From the NCBI GenBank assembly GCA_963704755.1, contig OY969938.1, forward strand, positions 4,110,001 to 4,142,000: DNA of 32,000 nucleotides. Direction: 5' to 3'. Position numbers and translations under genes: made by a program. This document shows, piece after piece, positions 8,232 through 16,618 of this stretch (the stretch's first letter is position 1; each line of letters starts with the position of its first letter). The stretch comes from an uncultured Chloroflexia bacterium. Its GTDB lineage: Bacteria > Chloroflexota > Anaerolineae > Anaerolineales > Anaerolineaceae. The notes beneath the pieces were generated by a model. That model worked only from the letters and a program-made list of their open reading frames with translations, made no database searches and was not told where the DNA came from.

Positions 8232-8915
8232 TCACTCTTCTACGACACTATCGAAAACCATGAAGGCAACCGAAGTGAAAATAATGTCATAGGTTACCAG
8301 TATTGTAAACCAGGGCTGGATCTGGTTCCAATCCAGGCCTTGCAAATAGCCGCCGGTAGCCTTGACCGCCGCAACTACCACCGGGATCGCCACCGGAAAA
8401 AGCAGGATCGGCAGCAAGACATCCCGCGTACGAGCCTGGACGGCCATGGTGGAGAGCAGGGTGCCGATAGCAATGTAGCCCTCCGAACCCAGCAGGACGA
8501 TCAGGAACAAACCGGGGATGAACAGGTTGACGTTGTACAGCAAACTATAAATGGGAATGACGATAATGGCAATCACCAGCATGAAAATCCAGTTTGCCAG
8601 GGTCTTGCCCAGGTAAATCGCAGCCCGGTCCACCGGGGCCAGCAGCAGACCGTCCAGGCAGCCGCGATCCTTTTCGATCGCCATCGAGCGGTTCAACCCG
8701 AGCTGGCCGGCAAAAATGAAGGTCACCCACAACACCCCCGAAGTGACGTTGGAGAGAGTACCCGGCTCCAGCTCCAGGGCAAAGTTGAAGATGAAGATCA
8801 CCAGCAGGGCAAATACCAGCATGGCCGAAAGCAGCTCACGGCTGCGCCATTCGGCCCGCAGGTCTTTCCAAACCACGGCCTGCAGGGCGTTCAAAAACGG
8901 GGTCAATGCATTCAC
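8232..8915 (-). CDS. ccmB: Heme exporter permease CcmB
   Basis: 227-aa six-TM protein with a CcmB-like N-terminus (VVWKDLRAEWRSRELL). Its start overlaps the ccmA stop (ATGA, 8912-8915). Confidence 0.85.
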   Translation of the reverse strand: MNALTPFLNALQAVVWKDLRAEWRSRELLSAMLVFALLVIFIFNFALELEPGTLSNVTSGVLWVTFIFAGQLGLNRSMAIEKDRGCLDGLLLAPVDRAAIYLGKTLANWIFMLVIAIIVIPIYSLLYNVNLFIPGLFLIVLLGSEGYIAIGTLLSTMAVQARTRDVLLPILLFPVAIPVVVAAVKATGGYLQGLDWNQIQPWFTILVTYDIIFTSVAFMVFDSVVEE

Positions 8916-9658
8916 AAGGTTGCTCCGCCGGCTTTTGCATATTGTCCCTGGGGTTCATCCAGGGCACCACGATAATAGTTCAATAGACCCTGGGCCTGTA
9001 CCTGTTCGCGGGATGCGCTGGCGACGAAGTTGCCGCGGGTCAGCACGTCGAAGCGCGAAGCCAGGTCTTCCACCCGGGCCAGGTCGTGGCTGGCCATCAC
9101 CACTGTGCGGCCGCGCACGGCCACCTGGCGCAAGATGACGTCCAACATATTGCAGGCATCCTGGTCCAGCCCGGTGTGGGGCTCATCCAACAGGAGGACT
9201 TGCGGGTCGTGCAGAATGGCCCGGGCTATGGCCAGGCGTTGCTGCATACCGCGCGAAAAGGTTCGCACCAGGTCGCGCCGGCGTGGGTACAGTCCGACGG
9301 TTTCGAGTACTTCCTCGATCCGCTCCGGCAGCCTGGGCACCGAATACATGCGCCCGTAGAATTTCAGGTTCTCTTCGGCACTCAAGTCGCCATACAGCAG
9401 CGGCTGGTGGCTGACCACACCCAGATGCTTGCGCACCGCGGCGGCCTGGTGCGGCAGTTCGTATCCGGCGATTTGGACCTGTCCCAGCGACTGGCGAGCC
9501 AGAGAGGATAAAATCCGTAGAAAAGTGGTCTTCCCGGCCCCATTCGGTCCGAGAATGACCACAAATTCGCCGCTCGCAACGCTGAAATCCAGCCTGCGCA
9601 GAACCACCTTGGGTCCAAAGCGTTTGACCAACTGGTGGGCCTCGATCATTTCAGCCAT
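8912..9658 (-). CDS. ccmA: ABC transporter ATP-binding protein CcmA
   Basis: Walker A GPNGAGKTT, signature FSRGMQQR, Walker B LLLDEP. Identity is inferred from its position directly upstream of ccmB and ccmC. Confidence 0.85.
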   Translation of the reverse strand: MAEMIEAHQLVKRFGPKVVLRRLDFSVASGEFVVILGPNGAGKTTFLRILSSLARQSLGQVQIAGYELPHQAAAVRKHLGVVSHQPLLYGDLSAEENLKFYGRMYSVPRLPERIEEVLETVGLYPRRRDLVRTFSRGMQQRLAIARAILHDPQVLLLDEPHTGLDQDACNMLDVILRQVAVRGRTVVMASHDLARVEDLASRFDVLTRGNFVASASREQVQAQGLLNYYRGALDEPQGQYAKAGGATL

Positions 9659-9662
9659 GCAG

Positions 9663-11585
9663 TTAACCCCCCAGGATGGATTTCAGTTGGTCTTTTAGCT
9701 CTGCACGGCGCTGCTCGTAGGCTTCTTGCGGAATTTCACCGGCTTTATAGCGATCGTCCAGGGTGATAATCGCATCCATAATTTCATCGGGCAGTCCCTC
9801 TGCGACCGGATCGCCTTCCGCCTCATCAGCCTGGGCTTCCCGGCGGTGCTGGACGAAGAGCCAGTAGCCAAGCCCGATCAACGCCAGCACCAGAACGGTC
9901 AGCCCGATGGTCAGGCCGAGGCCCTGTGTGCTCAGGCCAGTGTTACCCACCGCAGAGGACGCCTTACCAGACAGGCTCAGGTCCAGGGTGGAGCCGGCAG
10001 CCAGGCTGGTGGCTGAATAGAAATCGATCATCTGGCCCTGAACTTCACTGTTGCCCATCGATTGAACCTGGCTGCTATCCAGGTTCATGCCGCCCTCAGG
10101 CACCATGACCACGACCGAATTGACCGGCAGGGGGATGGGCACGGAGATGTCCATCTTGCGCTGGTATGGCAGCTCGTAGGCGAACAATATCTGCGTACCT
10201 GAACCAGGCGTGACGCTTTGGGTGTCCGAAAAACCGTTGTCGGTTTGCAGATAACGAGCCCCCAGGCTGCCGTCCTGGAACTGTAAATTAGTGGCGCCTT
10301 GCGGAAGCTGGTAATCCACCACCCCTTTGGTGGTAGAAGGACTGACGATGACCTGGGTGCCGGTATTGTTGAGCACGAACAACTCGGCGACCTGGACGAA
10401 CTGCGGATCGCTGAAATCGAAGAACACGTGCATCCGGTCCACGCGCAGTTTGGAGGCGTCCGTGGTGGTCTCATAAATGCTGATCGGCAATTGCACCGAG
10501 GTCGCGCCCGGCTGATCGGTGCTGTGGAACACGTCCGAGTTGAACGTCGTGCCCTGGTAGTCCACCGATGCCATGTAAGCCCGGCTTTCACTCAGTTCCA
10601 CTTCAGGGAAGGTGAAGCTGCCATCTGCGGCGGCGGTAGTCGTTTTGACGAATGCCTGGTTCATGCCGTCGAATGCGGTCAGCGTGACGGTCATGCCTGG
10701 CGGGACACTGCCGCCGGAGCCATTGGTCACCGTACCGGTAATGGTGATGTTGCCGGATATAACCGCTGTCGTTCCCGGCTGGGCCGTTGCCTCAGGCTGG
10801 GTTGTTGTGCCCGGCTGGGTTGTCGCCTGGGCGGCTGTGGTAGGGCTGCCGGGTGTACCGGCGGCCTCTGCCAGGCTGCCGGCGCTGCTGTTGAAACTCA
10901 AAGAGCGTACGTATTCAGCCGCGGCCGTGATCTGGTCCTGGCTGAGTGAAGATGCAAAGGAGGGCATTTCCCCGTTCCCGGTCTGGATCACGGTGGCCAT
11001 ATCGGTGATCGACAGGGCGGCCAGGGTGCCGGGTTTGTCGATCCAGCCTGGGATACCGCCGGCGCCTTCACCGTGCGCCCCATGGCAGGACTGGCAGTTG
11101 GCTTCGAAGACTGTTTTGCCCTGGTCAAGAGTATCCTGGCTCATTGAAAGGGATATGGCGTACGCAACCACGTCCCAGCGCTGGCTGGCATCCAGGACAC
11201 TGCTGAAGGGCGGCATAAAGTTGCTCATATTGCCGTTGGTGACCATCTGGAACCAGTCCACCGGGCGGGAATCCTGTGCTATAGTGGCGTCGCCCAACGC
11301 GGGCACGGTTACCTGCAGTTGAGCAGCCTGCGGCCCATCGCCCATGCCGGTGGCGCCGTGACACGCAGCGCAGTGTTGTTGAAAGAGCGCCTGGCCGTTC
11401 TGCGGGTTTGGCGCAGCGGCCGGCAGCAAATCACTGCTGATGGTGGGGAGAGCATTCTGTGAATTGAAGGTCTCGGCGTTGGGGGGAGGGGTGATGTCAG
11501 AGGCCAGGGAAAATGAGCAGCCCACCAGGCTGACGCCCAGGGTGAGGCTGAAGAGGACGGTGAAGGGGATTTTGCGAATTCTCAT
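9663..11585 (-). CDS. Diheme c-type cytochrome lipoprotein with a large beta-rich extracytoplasmic domain, C-terminal TM anchor and short cytoplasmic tail
   Basis: Two CxxCH motifs (CAACHG, CQSCHG), each with a downstream MP ligand motif (NFMPPF, GEMPSF). Lipobox LVGC follows MRIRKIPFTVLF, so I start at the ATG at 11585 rather than the track start at 11639, which would overlap the upstream gene. It also has a Thr/Pro/Gln linker, a carboxypeptidase-regulatory-like segment (ITITGTVTNGSGGSVPPGMTVTL) and a C-terminal TM. Confidence 0.8.
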   Translation of the reverse strand: MRIRKIPFTVLFSLTLGVSLVGCSFSLASDITPPPNAETFNSQNALPTISSDLLPAAAPNPQNGQALFQQHCAACHGATGMGDGPQAAQLQVTVPALGDATIAQDSRPVDWFQMVTNGNMSNFMPPFSSVLDASQRWDVVAYAISLSMSQDTLDQGKTVFEANCQSCHGAHGEGAGGIPGWIDKPGTLAALSITDMATVIQTGNGEMPSFASSLSQDQITAAAEYVRSLSFNSSAGSLAEAAGTPGSPTTAAQATTQPGTTTQPEATAQPGTTAVISGNITITGTVTNGSGGSVPPGMTVTLTAFDGMNQAFVKTTTAAADGSFTFPEVELSESRAYMASVDYQGTTFNSDVFHSTDQPGATSVQLPISIYETTTDASKLRVDRMHVFFDFSDPQFVQVAELFVLNNTGTQVIVSPSTTKGVVDYQLPQGATNLQFQDGSLGARYLQTDNGFSDTQSVTPGSGTQILFAYELPYQRKMDISVPIPLPVNSVVVMVPEGGMNLDSSQVQSMGNSEVQGQMIDFYSATSLAAGSTLDLSLSGKASSAVGNTGLSTQGLGLTIGLTVLVLALIGLGYWLFVQHRREAQADEAEGDPVAEGLPDEIMDAIITLDDRYKAGEIPQEAYEQRRAELKDQLKSILGG

Positions 11586-11605
11586 GGATAGTTTCGAAGA
11601 AATTT

Positions 11606-12145
11606 CTATTGGGTGACCGGATGGCCGCAGCGCGAACAAAAAACGTCCGATTTTTGAATGGGGTTACCGCACTTGGGGCAGAAACCGATGCTTTTTTCCA
11701 GGCGGTCGCGCCGGTGGGCAGCGATGGCCAGCTCAATCTCGTCTGGGGTGGGGATATCTGCTGGGATAACCGCGGAATCGGCCCGCCGGGCGGCGATAGC
11801 CGCCTCGATGCGGTCTTCGATCGAGCGGGACGGCTTGAGCGGGGCCGGCTCGATTTCATCCAGCTTGTGCAACACATCCGCTCCCTGGGCCATGAGCAGG
11901 GAACGCTGGTCAGGATAATCCTCGGCCGGAATCTTGCCTAATGCATTATCGAAATCCAGTTCCTGCAAAGCGGCCAGGACCCGGTCTCTTTCGGCCATGA
12001 GAGATGAGCGCAGTCTTTCTGCGTCACCGACCGCTTTTTGTTCGGTGACCAGCTTTTCGTCTTTGGTTTTAAGCAGCGGCTGGCTGATGTAGATCCCCAC
12101 CGCCAGGGTTAATGCTGCAATCATAAATATCGATCCAAGATCCAT
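11606..12145 (-). CDS. Membrane-anchored protein with a CcmI-N-terminal-like helical motif and a C-terminal zinc ribbon
   Basis: N-terminal TM (IFMIAALTLAVGIYI). The motif LQELDFDNALGKIPAEDYPDQR resembles the CcmI/CycH N-terminal region. The C-terminus is CPKCGNPIQKSDVFCSRCGHP (CxxC-x11-CxxC). It lies inside the ccm cluster. Confidence 0.5.
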   Translation of the reverse strand: MDLGSIFMIAALTLAVGIYISQPLLKTKDEKLVTEQKAVGDAERLRSSLMAERDRVLAALQELDFDNALGKIPAEDYPDQRSLLMAQGADVLHKLDEIEPAPLKPSRSIEDRIEAAIAARRADSAVIPADIPTPDEIELAIAAHRRDRLEKSIGFCPKCGNPIQKSDVFCSRCGHPVTQ

Positions 12146-12174
12146 GCAATGAATGCTCCCAATGAGGATGGTCT

Positions 12175-12738
12175 TTATTCGAGTAGCGGATCAATCGCCG
12201 ACTGTATTTCAGCCTGAGTGTCGAATGGCCCGGTTTTTACAAACGCAAGGCGTCCTTGCTTATCGAGAATATAGGTTTCGGGCACACCGGTAATACGGAA
12301 AATCTGTGAGATTTTCGTTTGCAGGTCCGGCCCATTGGTGTAGCTGATTCCATACTGGCTCAGGTAACTCTTGGCTTCCGGCTCGGTATCCACCCAATCG
12401 ACCCCCAGGAAGACCACATCGCTGCGGTTTTGATAATACTGGAAGGCCAATTCCATTTCCGCGGCTTCTTGAGCGCAAGGCTGGCACCAGGAAGCCCAAA
12501 AGTTGATTACCACGACCTTGCCGTGCATATCCGCGGTGTTGTAAACATTCCCCTCGAAATCAGTCAGTTGGAAGGCCGGGACGTTTTGCCCGATGACGAT
12601 TGGGCCGGCCTGCACACGTCGCAGTCCCAGGCCAATCATAACCAGAAAACCGACCAGAACGAAAAACGCAATCCCAATCACCCAGACAGGTAAATGTTTG
12701 TGCTCTGATTCGGTTTCATTTGCGACTGGGGTTGACAT
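12175..12738 (-). CDS. ccmG: Thiol:disulfide oxidoreductase (TlpA/ResA/CcmG family)
   Basis: N-terminal TM anchor plus the thioredoxin fold motif INFWASWCQPCAQE. GGAGGAG RBS. ccm cluster context. Confidence 0.85.
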   Translation of the reverse strand: MSTPVANETESEHKHLPVWVIGIAFFVLVGFLVMIGLGLRRVQAGPIVIGQNVPAFQLTDFEGNVYNTADMHGKVVVINFWASWCQPCAQEAAEMELAFQYYQNRSDVVFLGVDWVDTEPEAKSYLSQYGISYTNGPDLQTKISQIFRITGVPETYILDKQGRLAFVKTGPFDTQAEIQSAIDPLLE

Positions 12739-12772
12739 ACAAATTACTCCTCCGGAATTTCTTAAAAATGAG

Positions 12773-13306
12773 CTACTGGCGTTTTTTCAACTCTTCCTCC
12801 AGGCGGAGGTAATAGGGGTCTTCCGGCACATTGGGCTGTTCGGCTGGGGGTGTAACCCGATTGACCAACGCCTTTTTGCGCATGCGGCGCATAACAGTGT
12901 ACACCAGGATGGCTCCGGCGATCAGGAATAGCGGTGGAAGTATGTAAACCAGCCAGTTCAGTCCTTGCCGGGGTGGCACGGCGAGGACCCGTTCGCCATA
13001 TTGAGCAACGAAATACTGCTTGATTTGGTCGTCCGACCAGCCGGCAGCCAGTTTTTGGCCGATCAGGCCGCGCCACTGGGCGCAGGCGGTGGTTCCGCAT
13101 ACGTCCAGGGGGATATTTTCACAGACCGGGCAATACAACTGGCTGGCAACCCGGTTGACATCGTCCGCGGAAGGCGTTGGGGATTGAGCAGCGGCCTTTT
13201 GGGTGACCATCCCGGCCGCGACCAGCACGACCAGGGCCACGAGCGGGATCAGCCAGCCCGGGGATGGGAAATCGAACTTTTGGGTCTTACAATCGCCATC
13301 AGGCAT
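12773..13306 (-). CDS. ccmH: Cytochrome c-type biogenesis protein CcmH
   Basis: LYCPVCENIPLDVC (CcmH CxxC motif), AAGWSDDQIKQYFVAQYGERVLAVPP and a C-terminal TM. I start at the ATG at 13306, which overlaps the ccmF stop as ATGCCTGA. The longer track ORF (to 13414) would run inside ccmF. Confidence 0.8.
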   Translation of the reverse strand: MPDGDCKTQKFDFPSPGWLIPLVALVVLVAAGMVTQKAAAQSPTPSADDVNRVASQLYCPVCENIPLDVCGTTACAQWRGLIGQKLAAGWSDDQIKQYFVAQYGERVLAVPPRQGLNWLVYILPPLFLIAGAILVYTVMRRMRKKALVNRVTPPAEQPNVPEDPYYLRLEEELKKRQ

Positions 13307-15362
13307 GGCTGTGCCCCGTGGATAACACGTTGCGACGCACCGTGGAGCGGGCAGGCGCTTTTTCTTTGTCCGGCCAGGCCGCGACCATGGTGCCAAAAAT
13401 GAAGACGAAACCACCCAGCCACAGCCAGTTCACCAGTGGGTTGTGGTAGATCTTGAAAGTGACCCCCGAAGAGGAAATCGGCTGCCAGTTGACCAGGATG
13501 AGGTACAGGTCGTCTTCCATGGTGCTGCGATTTCCTGGAATGGTCATGGACTGCTGTGATTCGTAATAATAATCCTGGCGCGGGTGTAAAACCCCAACCA
13601 GTTGGTTGTCTTTGAACACCGAGAGCGTGGCACGGGCCACGTTACGCCCATCGGCCGTATCGAAAACGTCCAGTTGGTCGAAGCGTACGGTATAGCCATC
13701 CAACTGCATGGTGCCGCCCGGGGCAAGGGTAGCCTGGGTTTGAGTCTGGAACATATTGATGCCAATCACACCCAGGGCCATCAGGATGACCCCCATGTGG
13801 ATGATATACCCGCCGTATCGGCGGCGGTTGCGGCCGATCAGGCGCACCAGGGCGACCGGCAGGATCTCTCCGGCGCGCCGGTGGCGGGCCATCATACCGC
13901 GGTAGAACTCATACAGGGTGACCAGCACTACGTAAGCGCACAGCCAGAATCCCAGCAGGGCGGCCCAAAGATGGACGCCGCGAATGTAGATGTAAGCCAG
14001 GACGACCAGCGAAACCAGGAAAGGTTTCCACAAAGCTTTCCCCAGGGTCTTGATGGTCGAATGGCCCCAGGCCGAGAGGGGAGCCACACCCATCAAGAGC
14101 AGCAGTCCGGCGAACAATGGGCCGGTCGCGCTCTGGTAGAAAGGCGGCCCTACGGTGACTTTCTGGCCGGTGAACAGTTCGGAAACCAGCGGGAAAATAA
14201 CACCGGAGAAGCATACGACCAGGATGCCCATGAAGAGCAGGTTGTTGACCAGGAACAGCGCCTCGCGCGAGAGCAGCGAAGTCATTTCACCTTCCGAGGA
14301 CAGGGTGTTCCAGCGGTAGAGCAAGAGCGATAGTGAAATCGTGAAGGTGATGCCGATGAAGGCGAAGAACATCGGGCCAATCGCGCTTTGAGCGAAGGCA
14401 TGCACCGAAGAGAGCACGCCAGAGCGGGTCAGGAAGGTACCAAAGATGACCAGCGAATAGGTCAGTATGATCAAAATCATGTTCCAGCGCTTGAAAATGC
14501 CTTTTTTCTCCTGGATCATGACCGAGTGCAGGAAGGCGGTCCCGCTCAACCAGGGCATAAAGGCAGCAATTTCAACCGGGTCCCAGGCCCAATAGCCTCC
14601 CCAACCGAGGACGTCGTAAGCCCAGCGGCTGCCCAACAGCAGCCCCAGCGAGAGGAACAGCCAGGCGACCAGCGCCCAGCGGCGAGTGATGCGGATCCAT
14701 CGGTCGTCGCTGCGCCCGGTCACCAGGGAAGCGATGCCGAAGGCGAAGGGGATCACATTCGAGACGAAACCCAGGTAAAGCATGGGCGGGTGGATGATCA
14801 TGCCCGGATGGCGTAACAGCGGGTTAAGCCCGTTCCCATCGGCCGGGGTAAAGAGATGGGCCCCGGTTGGCTGGAACATGGCCATGAAAGGAGTGTTGGC
14901 GCCAATCTGCCACAGTCGCGAGAAGGGATTCTCGAAAAAGAGGATCAGGGAGATGAAAAAGGCCAGGGTGACCAGCGAGACAATAATCACCCAGGGCAGG
15001 AATTCGTGGTCACGTTCCCATTTGCGCAAGGTGACCGCGCTGGCGAACGCTGACATCAGCCAGGCCCAGAAGACCAGCGAGCCGGCCTGTCCACCCCACA
15101 AAGCCGTAACTTTCAGGTAAAGGGGCATACTATTGCTGGTAACGCTGTAAACGTACTGGATCTGGTATTGGCCGGTCACCAGCAGGGTGATGATGGCGAT
15201 AGCTGCCAGGCTGACCAGGGGGAAGGTTAGCAGTTGGGCTTTACGGCCGCTTTCTACCCAGGCCAATGAATTGGTCCGGGCACCATAAAAGGCCGAGATC
15301 ACCCCATAAATTGAGACGATGAACGCAACAACCAGCGCTCCAAAACCTAAATTCGCAACCAT
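13299..15362 (-). CDS. ccmF: Cytochrome c heme lyase subunit CcmF
   Basis: 687-aa polytopic protein with the WWD motif WGGYWAWDPVE. AGGAGA RBS. Confidence 0.9.
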   Translation of the reverse strand: MVANLGFGALVVAFIVSIYGVISAFYGARTNSLAWVESGRKAQLLTFPLVSLAAIAIITLLVTGQYQIQYVYSVTSNSMPLYLKVTALWGGQAGSLVFWAWLMSAFASAVTLRKWERDHEFLPWVIIVSLVTLAFFISLILFFENPFSRLWQIGANTPFMAMFQPTGAHLFTPADGNGLNPLLRHPGMIIHPPMLYLGFVSNVIPFAFGIASLVTGRSDDRWIRITRRWALVAWLFLSLGLLLGSRWAYDVLGWGGYWAWDPVEIAAFMPWLSGTAFLHSVMIQEKKGIFKRWNMILIILTYSLVIFGTFLTRSGVLSSVHAFAQSAIGPMFFAFIGITFTISLSLLLYRWNTLSSEGEMTSLLSREALFLVNNLLFMGILVVCFSGVIFPLVSELFTGQKVTVGPPFYQSATGPLFAGLLLLMGVAPLSAWGHSTIKTLGKALWKPFLVSLVVLAYIYIRGVHLWAALLGFWLCAYVVLVTLYEFYRGMMARHRRAGEILPVALVRLIGRNRRRYGGYIIHMGVILMALGVIGINMFQTQTQATLAPGGTMQLDGYTVRFDQLDVFDTADGRNVARATLSVFKDNQLVGVLHPRQDYYYESQQSMTIPGNRSTMEDDLYLILVNWQPISSSGVTFKIYHNPLVNWLWLGGFVFIFGTMVAAWPDKEKAPARSTVRRNVLSTGHSHA

Positions 15363-15523
15363 ACGTTCTCCTGATCCGGATTAATTGTACCTGCTCTGGC
15401 TCGGGCAAGAAATCCTCATTTCCACTTCAAGTTCAGGTTTCTCACCACCCGCCCGAATATTACCGATTAATCCTTTTAGAATGCATATGTTCCCTGAGAA
15501 AAGCTGCCTGTCAAAAGCGTTTA

Positions 15524-15565
15524 GCCGTCCGCGGGAAAAGTAGGCCTACTTTTCCCGCGGACGGC
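15524..15565. repeat. Perfect 42-nt palindrome in the ccmE-ccmF spacer
   Basis: gccgtccgcgggaaaagtagg (15524-15544) is the exact reverse complement of cctacttttcccgcggacggc (15545-15565), with no loop. A second, imperfect T-tract hairpin lies at about 15590-15640. Confidence 0.85.
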
Positions 15566-15727
15566 AGCTTTCTTCCCAAAATGGGATAGCGCAGGTTTTT
15601 TTGTTTTTCGACCTTTCCAGGCGCTGAAAAACAAAACACCTGTGTTCCATCCCAAAGGGAACCGGGTAACTAAGAATGATCGACCGGAGCGTGCTCCGGG
15701 TTATTGGAGTAGAGTCCATCCGGGTGG

Positions 15728-16250
15728 CTAACTGTTGGCTGCCTGGTCTGGCAGGGCATCCTGATACTTGGTTGGGCATTTTAGCAAAAGTTCATCTGCA
15801 TGAAAAACGCCGTCCGCACCCAATTTACCGGTCAAGATGGCTTGGGCTTCATTCTTGAGCAAATCAGGCCTTACCCCGTTGTAAACCACTTTCAAACGAG
15901 GTGAAGTAGTGTCGAGGACCGCCTGGTGTAAAACAGTTGCCAGGCCACCCATTTGATCGATTTCTTTATTATCCCCAGGGATATTTGCGATCTCAAACTG
16001 GAGCGTCAGGGTTTGTGGATCGTATTGGATCGTGTCGCCGATCACTGCACCAGAAAACACGCAGGTCCTGACCGGAAACCGAAGTGGATTTATCTTGCAA
16101 CTCTGCTACGGTTAAAAAGTACTGGGCGCTGGCCTTAGCCGATGATGCGATCAGATAGATAATAGCCGCGATAATTAACGCGCCGCCCACGATGAACTTC
16201 CCGCGACCGTGCCGGGCAGGTTTTGCGGTGGTCTCATGCGCCGTTGACAT
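15728..16250 (-). pseudogene. ccmE: Heme chaperone CcmE, split by a 1-nt frameshift; Cys variant of the heme-binding site
   Basis: The N-terminal ORF holds the TM plus YFLTVAELQDKSTSVSGQDLRV. The OB-fold ORF holds SGAVIGDTIQYDP...VVYNGVRPDLLKNEAQAILTGKL...LLKCPTKY. They join cleanly if one base is removed from the A4 run at 16054-16057. Start is the ATG at 16250 behind GGAGGAGG. Confidence 0.8.
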
Positions 16251-16618
16251 ATAACCTCCTCCATGGATCAACTGCCACCAGTAAATAAGGCAGATCAGGC
16301 TTGCTTATTTAGCATACACCGTTGGCCAGGGGGACCCCCTTGCCGTTAGCGGCTTGTACGCCAGCCTTATTAATTCTTTCATGGCTAGATTAATCCGAGA
16401 TTAGATCACCAGAAAATTATGATGAGAAACACAGGCTGAAAATCCCAGGCTTATTGAAGAAGCTCCAGAAATTACCGTGTTTTCCCATCGGGCTAAAACG
16501 TTCCACGACGGACCAGGTTTTTGGTCGTTATGCCAATCGGACGTATTATACCCGATTTACTCCGGCAAGTATGTGCAAAAAGTCACAATGTGCAGGTTGT
16601 CCCTAAAAGAAAGGAAGA

